From: Thermodesulfobacteriota bacterium
GTDB taxonomy: Bacteria; Desulfobacterota_D; UBA1144; Nemesobacterales; Mycalebacteriaceae
Assembly: GCA_965226585.1 (NCBI GenBank)
Contig: OZ245366.1
Location: forward strand, 1,280,001 to 1,344,000
DNA length: 64,000 nucleotides
Direction: 5' to 3'
Position numbers and translations under genes: made by a program. Shown here one piece after another: positions 38,889-48,721 of the stretch; the first letter of the stretch is position 1; the number at the start of each line of letters is the position of its first letter. The notes beneath the pieces are model-generated. The model did no database searches, was not told the origin of the DNA, and worked only from the letters and a program-made list of their open reading frames with translations.

Positions 38889-41800
38889 TCAAAAACTGTA
38901 ATTAACCCCGCCTCTGAACTGTTGCACAAAAGTATCAAAACTCGTGCTCATTCCGCCGTCATAGTCAATCCTCACACTCAGTTCCCGCAAAGGAGCATAA
39001 GGCGTGTATTCAAAACCTGCGCCGTAGTTGAACATTATCCGGTCCTGCCCGCCGCTTCGGGGAACATTACCGTCAGCAAGAGTCGCCTCAAGGTCGGCTT
39101 CAGGGTTCAAGACGTGTATATCCGCCCCCACGCGAATTCTCATATTTACCGTCTCACTCAAAGGTGAACGCGCTTCAAATGACGGACTTACATATACCAA
39201 TATCTCGCTTGTGTCTTTTACTTTGAAAGCGTCAGCTATTGCCTCAGGAGTGTTTGTTAAGGAAGTCTCATCAAACGCCCCCGCTGTTACATAAGACGCT
39301 CCAATCTCTATACGGGGAAATAATGCAAAACTCCCCGACAAAAACGGCATTGCCGCGCCAAGCGCGCCGCCGAATACTGTCGCGTTTGTATCCGCAGAGT
39401 AACGGTTATCTCCCGCAGTGCGGGTTGATTCCCAACTCGTAGAAACATACTGAAACCTGCCGTCAACCATATATCTGTCCACTATTGTGGAGGCAAAAAT
39501 GCCGCCCATAAATCTTGTTGCCTCTCCGCTTGCGTCTGCCCTGCCTTCATCAGTCAGCACATCCATATCAAGGTTTGAGATTTCATAACCGCCTGCCACC
39601 GAAACAAGAATGCTGTTAAACGGCGCGGATACGCCGCCGGTGAAGGTATAGACATCTTCGTCATAGTTAATCGCTGAAGAATAGCGGGTGTACCTTCCGC
39701 CCGATGTTGCCCACACGCAACCAGTCCAGAAATCTCCGTCTATCTCATCACTTGCCGCAGAGCCGTAACCGCAACCGCTTGAAAGTTTTGTGGCAAAACT
39801 CCTGTCTGCGCGGTAAGCGGACTGGATGAGAGAATCATAGATATCCAAACTGGCATCTTTCAGCGACATTGCTGTCAAAAACAGGTTGCCGTCTCCATCT
39901 GTCTGAACACTTCCCCTTTCGCCTATTTCCGCGTTTAGACGCTCTACAACCTCTTGCCTTTCTTCGCCGTCCGGCAAGTCGTCCGCTTCAAAAATTGTGT
40001 ACTCCGTTATATGCGTTCCGGGAACATCAACTCTGACTCTGAAACCTTCAATATCTTCCGCGCTTATCGTGCCTTCAAGGTTTATAAGCGGTTTGCCTGT
40101 CATCTCTTCAGGGTCTGCCGAGACAACAAGGGTTGAATTCGCGCCGAAGGTTATTTTGTCCAAGCCGTTAAAACCGCCCGCGCCGGCAAGAACTATTGTG
40201 CCTTCATTTATGAAATGGTCATCGCCTTCGCCAAAGTTAATGGTTGCCCGTTCCGGCTCCCGCTCAGGCGTGGCGGATGAAAGACGGAAACGGTTGCCGC
40301 CTCCTTCAGACGGGGTTGACTGCGCCCCGTGCGCCGGAGCCGACTGCGAGGATGGCGGGGGTGATGATGATGGCGGAAGCCCCGTAACGGTGTCAGAACT
40401 ATCGTGTATGACCGACCCCGCGCCGTTTATTGTGCCTCTGTTTTGGAAAATATCCGAGCCGGATCCCGTGTCAAAAGAGGTGATAATTGTGATAGTTCCC
40501 GTGTCTTCGTTATAGACTTCGTCATCGTCAGCGCCCATGCTGGCGTTTCCGATGAATGTGCCTTCGTTTGTGAAAATGTCATCGCCGTCTCCCGTGTCAA
40601 AAGAGCCGATAATTGTGAGAAGTCCCGTGTCTTTGTTGGTAAATGTGTCTCCGACATCGCTCAGAGTTACTTTTCCGACTATCGTTCCCCAGTTGTCAAG
40701 TCCAACGTCATTGTTGTCCCACTCGTCTCCCACCTGCAAGGCGATTACGTTGTTCGCGGGGGTAACTATGCAGTTGCGGTTCTCATCTATCACACCGCCG
40801 CACAGAAGAGCGCCCTCAAAAATCCGCAGCAAACTCTGATAACGGGCATACGAGCCGCTTCTCAAAGATACCGCCACAGAGTTCATCCCGGACGCAGACA
40901 CATTCGCGCCGTTGTACATATGGAGTTCCGCCTCGCTTTCGCCAACATTCGGGTCATCATCTTTCTCTTCAATCAGGATGGTTGTGCTGTCCGCTCCGGT
41001 TGTGTACACATCTGCGGCGTTTACGTTCACGACGCCAATCCTGTCATACGAATTAATATTTACCGCCACACTCCGCGCGCCGTTTGTGAATACACGCGCC
41101 CCGCTGTCAATCGAAATGGTTGATCCGAATCCGTAGAACCCGTCCACCACCGCCATTGCGTGGCTGTCATTGGCTGTTGTGTACACTTGCGACCCGCCGG
41201 ACACTCTTGTGTAGGTAACTCCCACCCTGCCTCCGATAAGTATCGCGTTGCTTTTCGCGCCGTTCGCGAACACTCTGGAATTGCCGTGAACCACAATATT
41301 TCCAAATGCCTCCGTTTCTATGAATATGCCGTTGCCCGTTTTTGTGGTGAACACGCTTGATGACTGGTTGACAATTACTTGCAGTTCATCGTTGAACCCG
41401 CCGTCAATACTGTTCGCATAGATTGCGACGCTTCCCGCGCCGTTTGCCCACACATGAGACTGATTACCGACAGTTATGAACTGGCTCCTCAAAATAGCAT
41501 TGCCATAGACTGAGCGCGCGCCGTCTCCTTCCGTCCACACTTGCGACTTGTCGTTAATCGTAATGTTGGAGTGCTGTGCCGCGCGGGAGTTCATGAATAT
41601 CGCGCCCGTTCTCGCGCCGTTTGCCCACACTTTTGAGCCGTTTGTAACTGTCCACTCCGTACTCCGGCTCCGGTCGCCCCCGGAATGCGCTTGCGACACC
41701 GCCGTTGCTCTGCTTTGTCCTGTTGACCACATATTTGAGCCGTTGATTTCAATTCCCATAAACCGGTGGGATTCTGCCAACAGCGCGCTTCCGTCTTGTC

Positions 41801-44800
41801 CCGTTGCCCAAACATTTGAGCCGTTGGCAACCGAAACATAAGAATCGCTTGTTAAGGATGTTGTTGTTTTCGTTCTTATGCCGCTTCCGCCTCTGCCCGT
41901 AGTTCTGATGTTTGAACCGCTGACGACAACATTGCCTCCTCCCGCTCCAAGCATATTCATAAAGACTGCCGAGGAACGTGCAGGCGTGGAAGTTCGTGTG
42001 GAGTTTTCAAAGATGTCTGAATCGCTAATTTCCACATAAGCTCTGCCGGCCGTTGTCCGCGCCCTGATGGCGTTTGAGTCCCGTGTTGCGTCCGTCCATA
42101 TCTTTGAGGAATTGACCTTCACAACAATCGCGTTGTCTCCGGTTTCCGTGTTTGACGAGAAGGCGAAAATTGCCGAACTTGCGGTTTCATTTGCCCATAT
42201 ATTTGAGCCGTTGATGCTGACCGCAACACTGCCGCCTCCGGCATTGGCGACAACCGCATTTGACCTGCCTCCGCCCGCCCATATATCCGAGCCGTTTATC
42301 TCAATGTCTATATTCTCGCTGTCGCCCCCGCTGCTGATATGAGCGGCGTTCACGTCTTCGGCTACCGACGCTCTGCCCGCGCCTATTTGCGAGTTGTGAA
42401 TGGCAACAAACATTGCCGCAGGGGTCGCCGTTTCCGCCCACAGCGCGTTTGCTCTCGCGCCGTTTGCCCGCACCTTCAGGTTGCGGAGTTCAATATCCGG
42501 GCTGTCTGTCCTGACAGTGTTAACGCTGTCACCGGCAGACCATATTTCCATCGTCTCGCCTTCCGCCGCGCTGATTGAGAGCGAGCCGCCGCCGCTTTCA
42601 GACCATATTGCCGAACTGCCCGCGCCGTTTGCCCAAATCTTTGAGGAAACCCCCGTATCGTAGGAAACATCGCCGCCCGCGCTGCTTTTCAAGACAATCG
42701 TGTTGCCGTCCGCGCCTTGCGTCCAAGCCCGTTTCGCGTTGAAGTAGTTGTTGATTTCCACAGCCGCGCCCGTCTGGTGGTCAAGCGAAAACACCGTTCC
42801 CCTCAAGCCTTCTGTCGATACTTCATTCTGGTTTCTGATATTCATTCGGAATGTCCGCACGGTGTCGTCAATCATGTTTGCCGCGCCGCCGCTTGTCACC
42901 GTTGTCGCGAACACGGTCGCGTCATCCTCTCCCATGCGGAAAGATGTGTTTGTGGAATCAACAGATATCCGCGTGCCGGAACTGTCCGTTAATTTGAAAA
43001 ACTCTCCCGTTGAGTTTGCCAGTATGACAGCCGAGTTGTGCAGTTGAACGCCTATGTCGCCTCTTTGCGCGTTGAGGGTGAACGCCGCGCTGTCTGCGCC
43101 GTTGACCAAAATGGTAACGCCGTTGAAGTTCGCCTGAATCTTGTTGCCGCCGCCCTTAACCTGAATTGTCTCTCCGCCGAAAGCGGTTGAGTTATCACCC
43201 TCCGTCCAAACGGTTGAGTCGTGTACATCCATAAAAGATGTGCCGCCCGCTTCGGTGATAAGGAACAACGGCGCCGAGTTTGCCCCGTTTGCCCATACTT
43301 TTGACCCTCTCACTTCTATGTCGGTTTTTCCGTATAAGTATGTGTAGCCGTTGACGGCAACTGAATTATGTCCTTCAGTCCATACATCCGAGGCGGTTAC
43401 GGTTACAAGCCCGTTGCCCGTTTCACTTTCGCTGAAAGCGTTAATTGCCGCCGAATGGCTTCCGTTTGCCCAAACTTTTGATTTGTCCAGATTTACAATC
43501 GCGTGTCCTTCCCTGCCAGCATCAATGTCCTCAACGGTTTGCACGGCTACGCCGGATGAGTTATCTCCTTCCGCCCAAATGTTCACGCGGACGGCGTTCA
43601 CAATTCCATTCCCGCCTTCAAGCGCGGCAACATAGACGGCGTTGGACTCATTGCCGCCGGTTGATATGTCCATAACGCTCAAATCTACAAATGTGCGTCC
43701 TCCCGGTATTGCCGGGGTTCCGGGGTTTGTGCAGTACACTTCTCTCCCGTTCGGAAATACAACGCAGAGATATCGCCATCCGTCTATCGCCGGAACACCC
43801 CCGCCGTCTTGAATGGCAACCGAGAGTCCGGTGGAGTTGCGCCCGCTTGTCCGTATGTTTGAACTTGTGAAACTTGCATTGGCGTGTCCTCTGAATTGAG
43901 AGTGCACGATAACCGCCGTTGAATCCGCGCCCGCTGTTGTAATGTCTGTGCCGTTTATTTCCGCAGAGGCAAGTGAGATGCCCCTTGACGCTCTTATCTC
44001 AAGCCCCGTTGAAAAGCGTTTTGCCGTCCGCACGGTTGAATCGTCAATGCCTACAAATACCACCGAGTTTGTGCCTGAACTGTTCGGTAATTTTGTGGCG
44101 TCCGCATAAATTGCCTTGGAACTTATTTCGTTTGCCCACACATCGGAGTCTTTCACAAAGAGAGCCGCATTTCCGCCCAGATCTGCGGTTACGGTAATTG
44201 CCGTTGATATTGTGTCTTCCGTCCACACATTCGCCCCTGTCGCGTTCACTGTGGCGTTTGCCCCGCCGTATGAGGTTACGTTTATGCCGCGTGAGCGGCT
44301 TCCCCATGCGGAGATATTTGAGCCGCTGATGTTTATGGCGGCGTTTCCAAAAAATGCGTCTGCGGAAATCGCACTCGCGCCAAGTCCGCCCGCCCGTATA
44401 TTCGCGCTCACCGCATTTATAAGCAGTTCCACGCCCGCCTCGTAAGACGATATCGCGGTTGACACGCTTCCGTTAGCCCACACGCTCGCCCCGTTCACAT
44501 CAACCGTAATTTCAGTTGTGTCCGCCGTCCGCTTTTCCGCCTTGATTGCCGCGCCGCCGTCTCCTGAATGAATCCAAACATTCGCCCCGCCGGACACTTC
44601 CACCGTTTCCGCGACTATTGTTACACCTCCCACTCCGTTAGCCCACACATCCGAGCCGTTGACTGTTGCCGTTGTCGCAAGCACGGTTACGCCGTTTGAG
44701 TTGTTAGTCCAAACTTTCGCCCCGCCCACAATATCCACCGTTGTTGCCACCGTGATTACCGCGCCTGTGTTGATTGCCCCTTCCGCCCAAACTTCAGAGT

Positions 44801-47800
44801 TGTTGATTGTCGCAGATGTCGCTTTTATGGCGTTGCTGTCTGATATGCCGTTAGTCCAAACTTTTGCCTCGTTGCTTATCATCACGGTTTCCGCCGTGAT
44901 GGTTTCGCTTGTGTTGCCTTCCGTCCACACATTCGCGCCGTTGACTGTTACCGTTACCGCCCTCACCGCGTTGCTTGTGTCGCCGTTTGCCCACACATTC
45001 GCGCCGTTCCATATATTTGCGGTTGTCGCCCTGATTGCATCGCTTGTCGCGCCTTCCGTCCATATATCCGAGCCGTTTGCCGTTACCGTTTCCGCTGACA
45101 CCGCGTTACTCGCGGCTCCGTTTGCCCACACTTTCAAGTCGTGAACGGTTGCCGAGCCGCCGGATAAAGAAGAAGCGTTTATGGTTGAACCGCCCGCGCC
45201 GATTGTCCAAATCTCTCCCATTCCGTCTTCAGAAACGATGGTTACAGTTTCCGAAGTTCCCGCCTCAACCGCCGCTGAGCCATCGCCGTTTGCCCAAACC
45301 TTTCCGCCGCCGCTCACATTGACCGTTGCCGCAATTATCGTGTCGCTTGTGTTGTCTTCCGTCCAAATCTGCGCGCCGTTGACTGTTGCCGTTGCGGTGA
45401 AAATCGCGCGGGCTTGCTGTCCGTTTGCAAACACTTTTAAGTCATGAACCGTTACGCTTGTTGCCGCGTTCACGGTTGAAGCCCCGATACCGCTTGACCA
45501 AATTTCTCCCATCCCGTCTTCAGAAACGATGGTTACAGTTTCCGAAGTTCCGGCGCGAACCGCCGAGGAAGAGGGTCCCGTCTCGCCAACCCAAATTTTT
45601 CCGCCGCCCGAAACGTTGACCGTCTGCGCGGTTACCGCGTTGCTTGTCGCGCCGTTGCTCCAAACCTGCGCGCCGTTGTAGATGTTCACATCTGTCGCGT
45701 CAATGGCTGTGCTTCTTTCTTTGTCAGCCCACACACTCGCGCCGCCGTCAACTGTTGCCGTTGCCGCCGAAACCGTCCGGCTTGCCGCGCCGTTAGACCA
45801 TACTTTCAAACCGTCATTGATATAAGCCGCCGCCGTTGCTTTCACCGTTGAAACGCCGTCAACTGTTGTCCAAACCTCTCCGTCTCCGTCTGCTGATATG
45901 ATGTTGACCGTTCCCGAACCGCCCGCAGAAACCGCCGAACTGTCCGCGCCTTCCGCCCAAACCTTTCCGCCGCCCGATACATTCACCGTGCCCGCAACTA
46001 CCGAGTTGCTTGCCGAGCCGTTTGCCCACACTTTCGCGCCGTTCCAGATGTTTGCGGTTGTCGCGTCAATGGTTCTGCCGCCTTGTCCTTCACTCCATAC
46101 TTGAGTGCCTGTGCCGTTGACTGTCGCGCTTGCCGCCTTAACTGTGTTGCTGTCTGAGCCGTTTGCCCACACTTTCAAGCCGTCATTGATGTAAGCCGCC
46201 GTTGTTGCTTTTACCGTTGAAACGCCGCCAACTGTTGTCCAAATCTCTCCGTCTCCGTCTTCAGAGACGATGTTGACCGTTCCCGAAGTTCCCGCAGAAA
46301 CGGCTGAACTTCTCACGCCGTTTGTCCAAACTTTTCCGTCTTTTGAAATATTTGCCGTTTCCGCGACTATCGCGTTACTGCCCGTGCCGTTAGCCCAAAC
46401 CTTCGCGCCGTTCCAGATGTTCACGGTTGGCGCGACTATGGTGTCGGATGAGCCGCCTTCCGTTGTCCAGACATCCGTGTTGTTGACTGTCGCGCTTGTT
46501 CCCGCCGTAACCGCCCGGCTTGCCGCGCCGTTTGCCCAAACTTTCACGCCGTCATTGATGTAAGCCGCAGTTGCCGCTGTTACTGTTGAAACTCCGGAGA
46601 TTGTCCAAATCTCTCCCGTTCCGTCTTCAGAGATGATATTTGCCGTTCCCGAAGTTCCCGAAGAGACGGCTGAACTTCCCGCGCCGTTTGCCCATACCTT
46701 GCCACCGTTTGAAACGTTCAAAGTTTCAGCGACTACCGTGTTGCTTGTTACGCCGTTAGACCACACTTTCGCGCCGTTCCAGATGTTTGCCGTGCCTGTT
46801 GCGATTATGGTGTCGCTTGTGTCTCCGTTTGACCACACTTCCGTTGCTGAGCCGTTGATTGTTACGGTTGCCGCCGTAACCGCCTGACTTCCCGCGCCGT
46901 TAGACCATACTTTCAAGCCGTGAATGCCTGCCGTTGTTGTTGCCTTTACCGTTGAACTTTCCGAAGCGTTAGACCACACTTCTCCCTTTCCGTCTTCTGA
47001 TACGACCGTAACCCCTCCGCCGGTTTTCGCTGAAATTGCCGAACTTCCGGAAGCGTTAGACCACACTTTCGCGTCATTTGAAAAGTTGACTGTTTCCGCA
47101 ACTATGGAGTTGCTTGTGTTGCCTTCCGTCCAGACTTCAGAGCCGTTGACCACAACAGTTGTTGCTGAAATGGCGTTGGCTGTCGCTCCGGTAGCCCGCA
47201 CTTTTGAACCATTCCACACATTCACCGCGCCAGTTGTTGTTGAGATTGTGGCGGCTCCCGTTTTGTTCGTCCACACATCCGCGCCGCTGACATCAACATC
47301 ACCAGTCGCCAAAATCGCGTAGTTCGAACCGTTGCCGCCAATATCTGCGTCCACAACATTCACCGTTGACGCATTAATTGCCGCAAATCCGCCGTTCGTC
47401 CAGACGGAAAGACCGTCCGCTTCTCCCGCCACTACTGACAGGGTTCCCGTGCCCGTGGTTGACGCTTCAATGGCAATACTTCCGGCTTTATCCGCAAAGA
47501 TAGCCGAACCGCCGTTTCCGCCTATGTTTATGTCTCCGCTTGTGGATGTTGCTATGACGCCGTTTCCACCTTCAGTGGATCCGCCGCCTCTTCCATAAAC
47601 GACTCCGTTCGCGAGAGCGAGGTCAATGTTTCCGCTAACCGTGTTGGCTATGATGCCGTCTTTACCAACTATGCAGGAAACGGCGTTCGCAATTGTTATG
47701 TCTATGTTTCCCGCGCCTCCCGTGTCTGCCGCCAAGCCGTGAGAGTCTCCCACGGATGAGGCGAAGATTGCCGCGCCGTTTATAAGTTCAACTGTTATGT

Positions 47801-48548
47801 CTCCGCCGCCTGTGGATGTGAGTGTCGCGCCTCTTGTGTCTCTAACTGTGTATTCCTTGCCTGTGCCGCTTCTGGCTCCATACAGGTGGATTGCCGAATA
47901 CATCCCCTCAAATGAAAGTTCAATATCTCCGCCTGCTGTGTTTGCTATAAGACCGTTTGTGCCTTGCCTGTCTGAAACGATTATTCCCTGATTGGAGAAG
48001 TCCGCGACCACGTTTCCGCTTGTGGATGTTGCTATAATCCCGTTTCCGCCGGTTCCCCCGATTTTAACTCTTGAGGTGTTGTGAACGCCTATATTCACAT
48101 CGCCCGTTCCGGCTGTGATGGTAGCAGGGTTGTTAGGAGCGTCTGGGTCGGTTTCCCCGATTCTAACTCTTGAGGTGCTGATGGTAACAACGTTTCCGCC
48201 GGTTCCGTTTTTGGCGGTAAAAGAGCCGTCATCGGTTTGGAAGGCAGCGGCAGTCGCGCCGCCGATAACTATTGTATCTCCGCCCGTTTGGGTTGTTGCG
48301 ACATTTGCACCGTAAGAGGTAAGGGTGGCAGACCCTCTGGCGGATTTGACTGTAACAGCGGGAACATCCGTAACCACGGAACGCGCGCCGCCTGAGATGT
48401 TAAGCGCGGCGTCTGTTGCGGAAGTACAGTCAATTGCGGTTGCGGCAACCGGTGTTACATCGCCGCAACTCGTTTGCGCATGGGAGTTTTGCGGCGCAAA
48501 AGCAAATAAAATTGCGAACAGAAAGGTGATGGTTAATTTTCTGTGCAT
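38889..48548 (-). CDS. Giant autotransporter-like adhesin AT1 (3219 aa)
   Basis: Sec signal (..NSHA/QT), long repetitive G/A/S/T/N/V passenger, about 300-aa amphipathic beta-barrel ending NYSF. Confidence 0.88.
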   Translation of the reverse strand: MHRKLTITFLFAILFAFAPQNSHAQTSCGDVTPVAATAIDCTSATDAALNISGGARSVVTDVPAVTVKSARGSATLTSYGANVATTQTGGDTIVIGGATAAAFQTDDGSFTAKNGTGGNVVTISTSRVRIGETDPDAPNNPATITAGTGDVNIGVHNTSRVKIGGTGGNGIIATSTSGNVVADFSNQGIIVSDRQGTNGLIANTAGGDIELSFEGMYSAIHLYGARSGTGKEYTVRDTRGATLTSTGGGDITVELINGAAIFASSVGDSHGLAADTGGAGNIDITIANAVSCIVGKDGIIANTVSGNIDLALANGVVYGRGGGSTEGGNGVIATSTSGDINIGGNGGSAIFADKAGSIAIEASTTGTGTLSVVAGEADGLSVWTNGGFAAINASTVNVVDADIGGNGSNYAILATGDVDVSGADVWTNKTGAATISTTTGAVNVWNGSKVRATGATANAISATTVVVNGSEVWTEGNTSNSIVAETVNFSNDAKVWSNASGSSAISAKTGGGVTVVSEDGKGEVWSNASESSTVKATTTAGIHGLKVWSNGAGSQAVTAATVTINGSATEVWSNGDTSDTIIATGTANIWNGAKVWSNGVTSNTVVAETLNVSNGGKVWANGAGSSAVSSGTSGTANIISEDGTGEIWTISGVSTVTAATAAYINDGVKVWANGAASRAVTAGTSATVNNTDVWTTEGGSSDTIVAPTVNIWNGAKVWANGTGSNAIVAETANISKDGKVWTNGVRSSAVSAGTSGTVNIVSEDGDGEIWTTVGGVSTVKATTAAYINDGLKVWANGSDSNTVKAASATVNGTGTQVWSEGQGGRTIDATTANIWNGAKVWANGSASNSVVAGTVNVSGGGKVWAEGADSSAVSAGGSGTVNIISADGDGEVWTTVDGVSTVKATAAAYINDGLKVWSNGAASRTVSAATATVDGGASVWADKERSTAIDATDVNIYNGAQVWSNGATSNAVTAQTVNVSGGGKIWVGETGPSSSAVRAGTSETVTIVSEDGMGEIWSSGIGASTVNAATSVTVHDLKVFANGQQARAIFTATATVNGAQIWTEDNTSDTIIAATVNVSGGGKVWANGDGSAAVEAGTSETVTIVSEDGMGEIWTIGAGGSTINASSLSGGSATVHDLKVWANGAASNAVSAETVTANGSDIWTEGATSDAIRATTANIWNGANVWANGDTSNAVRAVTVTVNGANVWTEGNTSETITAETVMISNEAKVWTNGISDSNAIKATSATINNSEVWAEGAINTGAVITVATTVDIVGGAKVWTNNSNGVTVLATTATVNGSDVWANGVGGVTIVAETVEVSGGANVWIHSGDGGAAIKAEKRTADTTEITVDVNGASVWANGSVSTAISSYEAGVELLINAVSANIRAGGLGASAISADAFFGNAAINISGSNISAWGSRSRGINVTSYGGANATVNATGANVWTEDTISTAITVTADLGGNAALFVKDSDVWANEISSKAIYADATKLPNSSGTNSVVFVGIDDSTVRTAKRFSTGLEIRASRGISLASAEINGTDITTAGADSTAVIVHSQFRGHANASFTSSNIRTSGRNSTGLSVAIQDGGGVPAIDGWRYLCVVFPNGREVYCTNPGTPAIPGGRTFVDLSVMDISTGGNESNAVYVAALEGGNGIVNAVRVNIWAEGDNSSGVAVQTVEDIDAGREGHAIVNLDKSKVWANGSHSAAINAFSESETGNGLVTVTASDVWTEGHNSVAVNGYTYLYGKTDIEVRGSKVWANGANSAPLFLITEAGGTSFMDVHDSTVWTEGDNSTAFGGETIQVKGGGNKIQANFNGVTILVNGADSAAFTLNAQRGDIGVQLHNSAVILANSTGEFFKLTDSSGTRISVDSTNTSFRMGEDDATVFATTVTSGGAANMIDDTVRTFRMNIRNQNEVSTEGLRGTVFSLDHQTGAAVEINNYFNAKRAWTQGADGNTIVLKSSAGGDVSYDTGVSSKIWANGAGSSAIWSESGGGSLSISAAEGETMEIWSAGDSVNTVRTDSPDIELRNLKVRANGARANALWAETATPAAMFVAIHNSQIGAGRASVAEDVNAAHISSGGDSENIDIEINGSDIWAGGGRSNAVVANAGGGSVAVSINGSNIWANETASSAIFAFSSNTETGDNAIVVKVNSSKIWTDATRDSNAIRARTTAGRAYVEISDSDIFENSTRTSTPARSSAVFMNMLGAGGGNVVVSGSNIRTTGRGGSGIRTKTTTSLTSDSYVSVANGSNVWATGQDGSALLAESHRFMGIEINGSNMWSTGQSRATAVSQAHSGGDRSRSTEWTVTNGSKVWANGARTGAIFMNSRAAQHSNITINDKSQVWTEGDGARSVYGNAILRSQFITVGNQSHVWANGAGSVAIYANSIDGGFNDELQVIVNQSSSVFTTKTGNGIFIETEAFGNIVVHGNSRVFANGAKSNAILIGGRVGVTYTRVSGGSQVYTTANDSHAMAVVDGFYGFGSTISIDSGARVFTNGARSVAVNINSYDRIGVVNVNAADVYTTGADSTTILIEEKDDDPNVGESEAELHMYNGANVSASGMNSVAVSLRSGSYARYQSLLRIFEGALLCGGVIDENRNCIVTPANNVIALQVGDEWDNNDVGLDNWGTIVGKVTLSDVGDTFTNKDTGLLTIIGSFDTGDGDDIFTNEGTFIGNASMGADDDEVYNEDTGTITIITSFDTGSGSDIFQNRGTINGAGSVIHDSSDTVTGLPPSSSPPPSSQSAPAHGAQSTPSEGGGNRFRLSSATPEREPERATINFGEGDDHFINEGTIVLAGAGGFNGLDKITFGANSTLVVSADPEEMTGKPLINLEGTISAEDIEGFRVRVDVPGTHITEYTIFEADDLPDGEERQEVVERLNAEIGERGSVQTDGDGNLFLTAMSLKDASLDIYDSLIQSAYRADRSFATKLSSGCGYGSAASDEIDGDFWTGCVWATSGGRYTRYSSAINYDEDVYTFTGGVSAPFNSILVSVAGGYEISNLDMDVLTDEGRADASGEATRFMGGIFASTIVDRYMVDGRFQYVSTSWESTRTAGDNRYSADTNATVFGGALGAAMPFLSGSFALFPRIEIGASYVTAGAFDETSLTNTPEAIADAFKVKDTSEILVYVSPSFEARSPLSETVNMRIRVGADIHVLNPEADLEATLADGNVPRSGGQDRIMFNYGAGFEYTPYAPLRELSVRIDYDGGMSTSFDTFVQQFRGGVNYSF

Positions 48549-48688
48549 AAGGGTTCCCGTATTAGGGATAATTCAACAGCAAAACTCGGCGTTGTTAGAC
48601 CGGTTATGGCGCGGGATTATACCCATACAGACTATATTGTTGGGGTTTTCTGTCAAATGGGGAGAGGGGTAGAAAAGGGGTTTTTTTC

Positions 48689-48721
48689 CGTCATTCCGTG
48701 CTTGACACGGAATCCGGTATT
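48689..48721. repeat. Single REP arm overlapping the AT2 stop codon
   Basis: CGTCATTCCGTGCTTGACACGGAATCCGGTATT. Confidence 0.9.
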
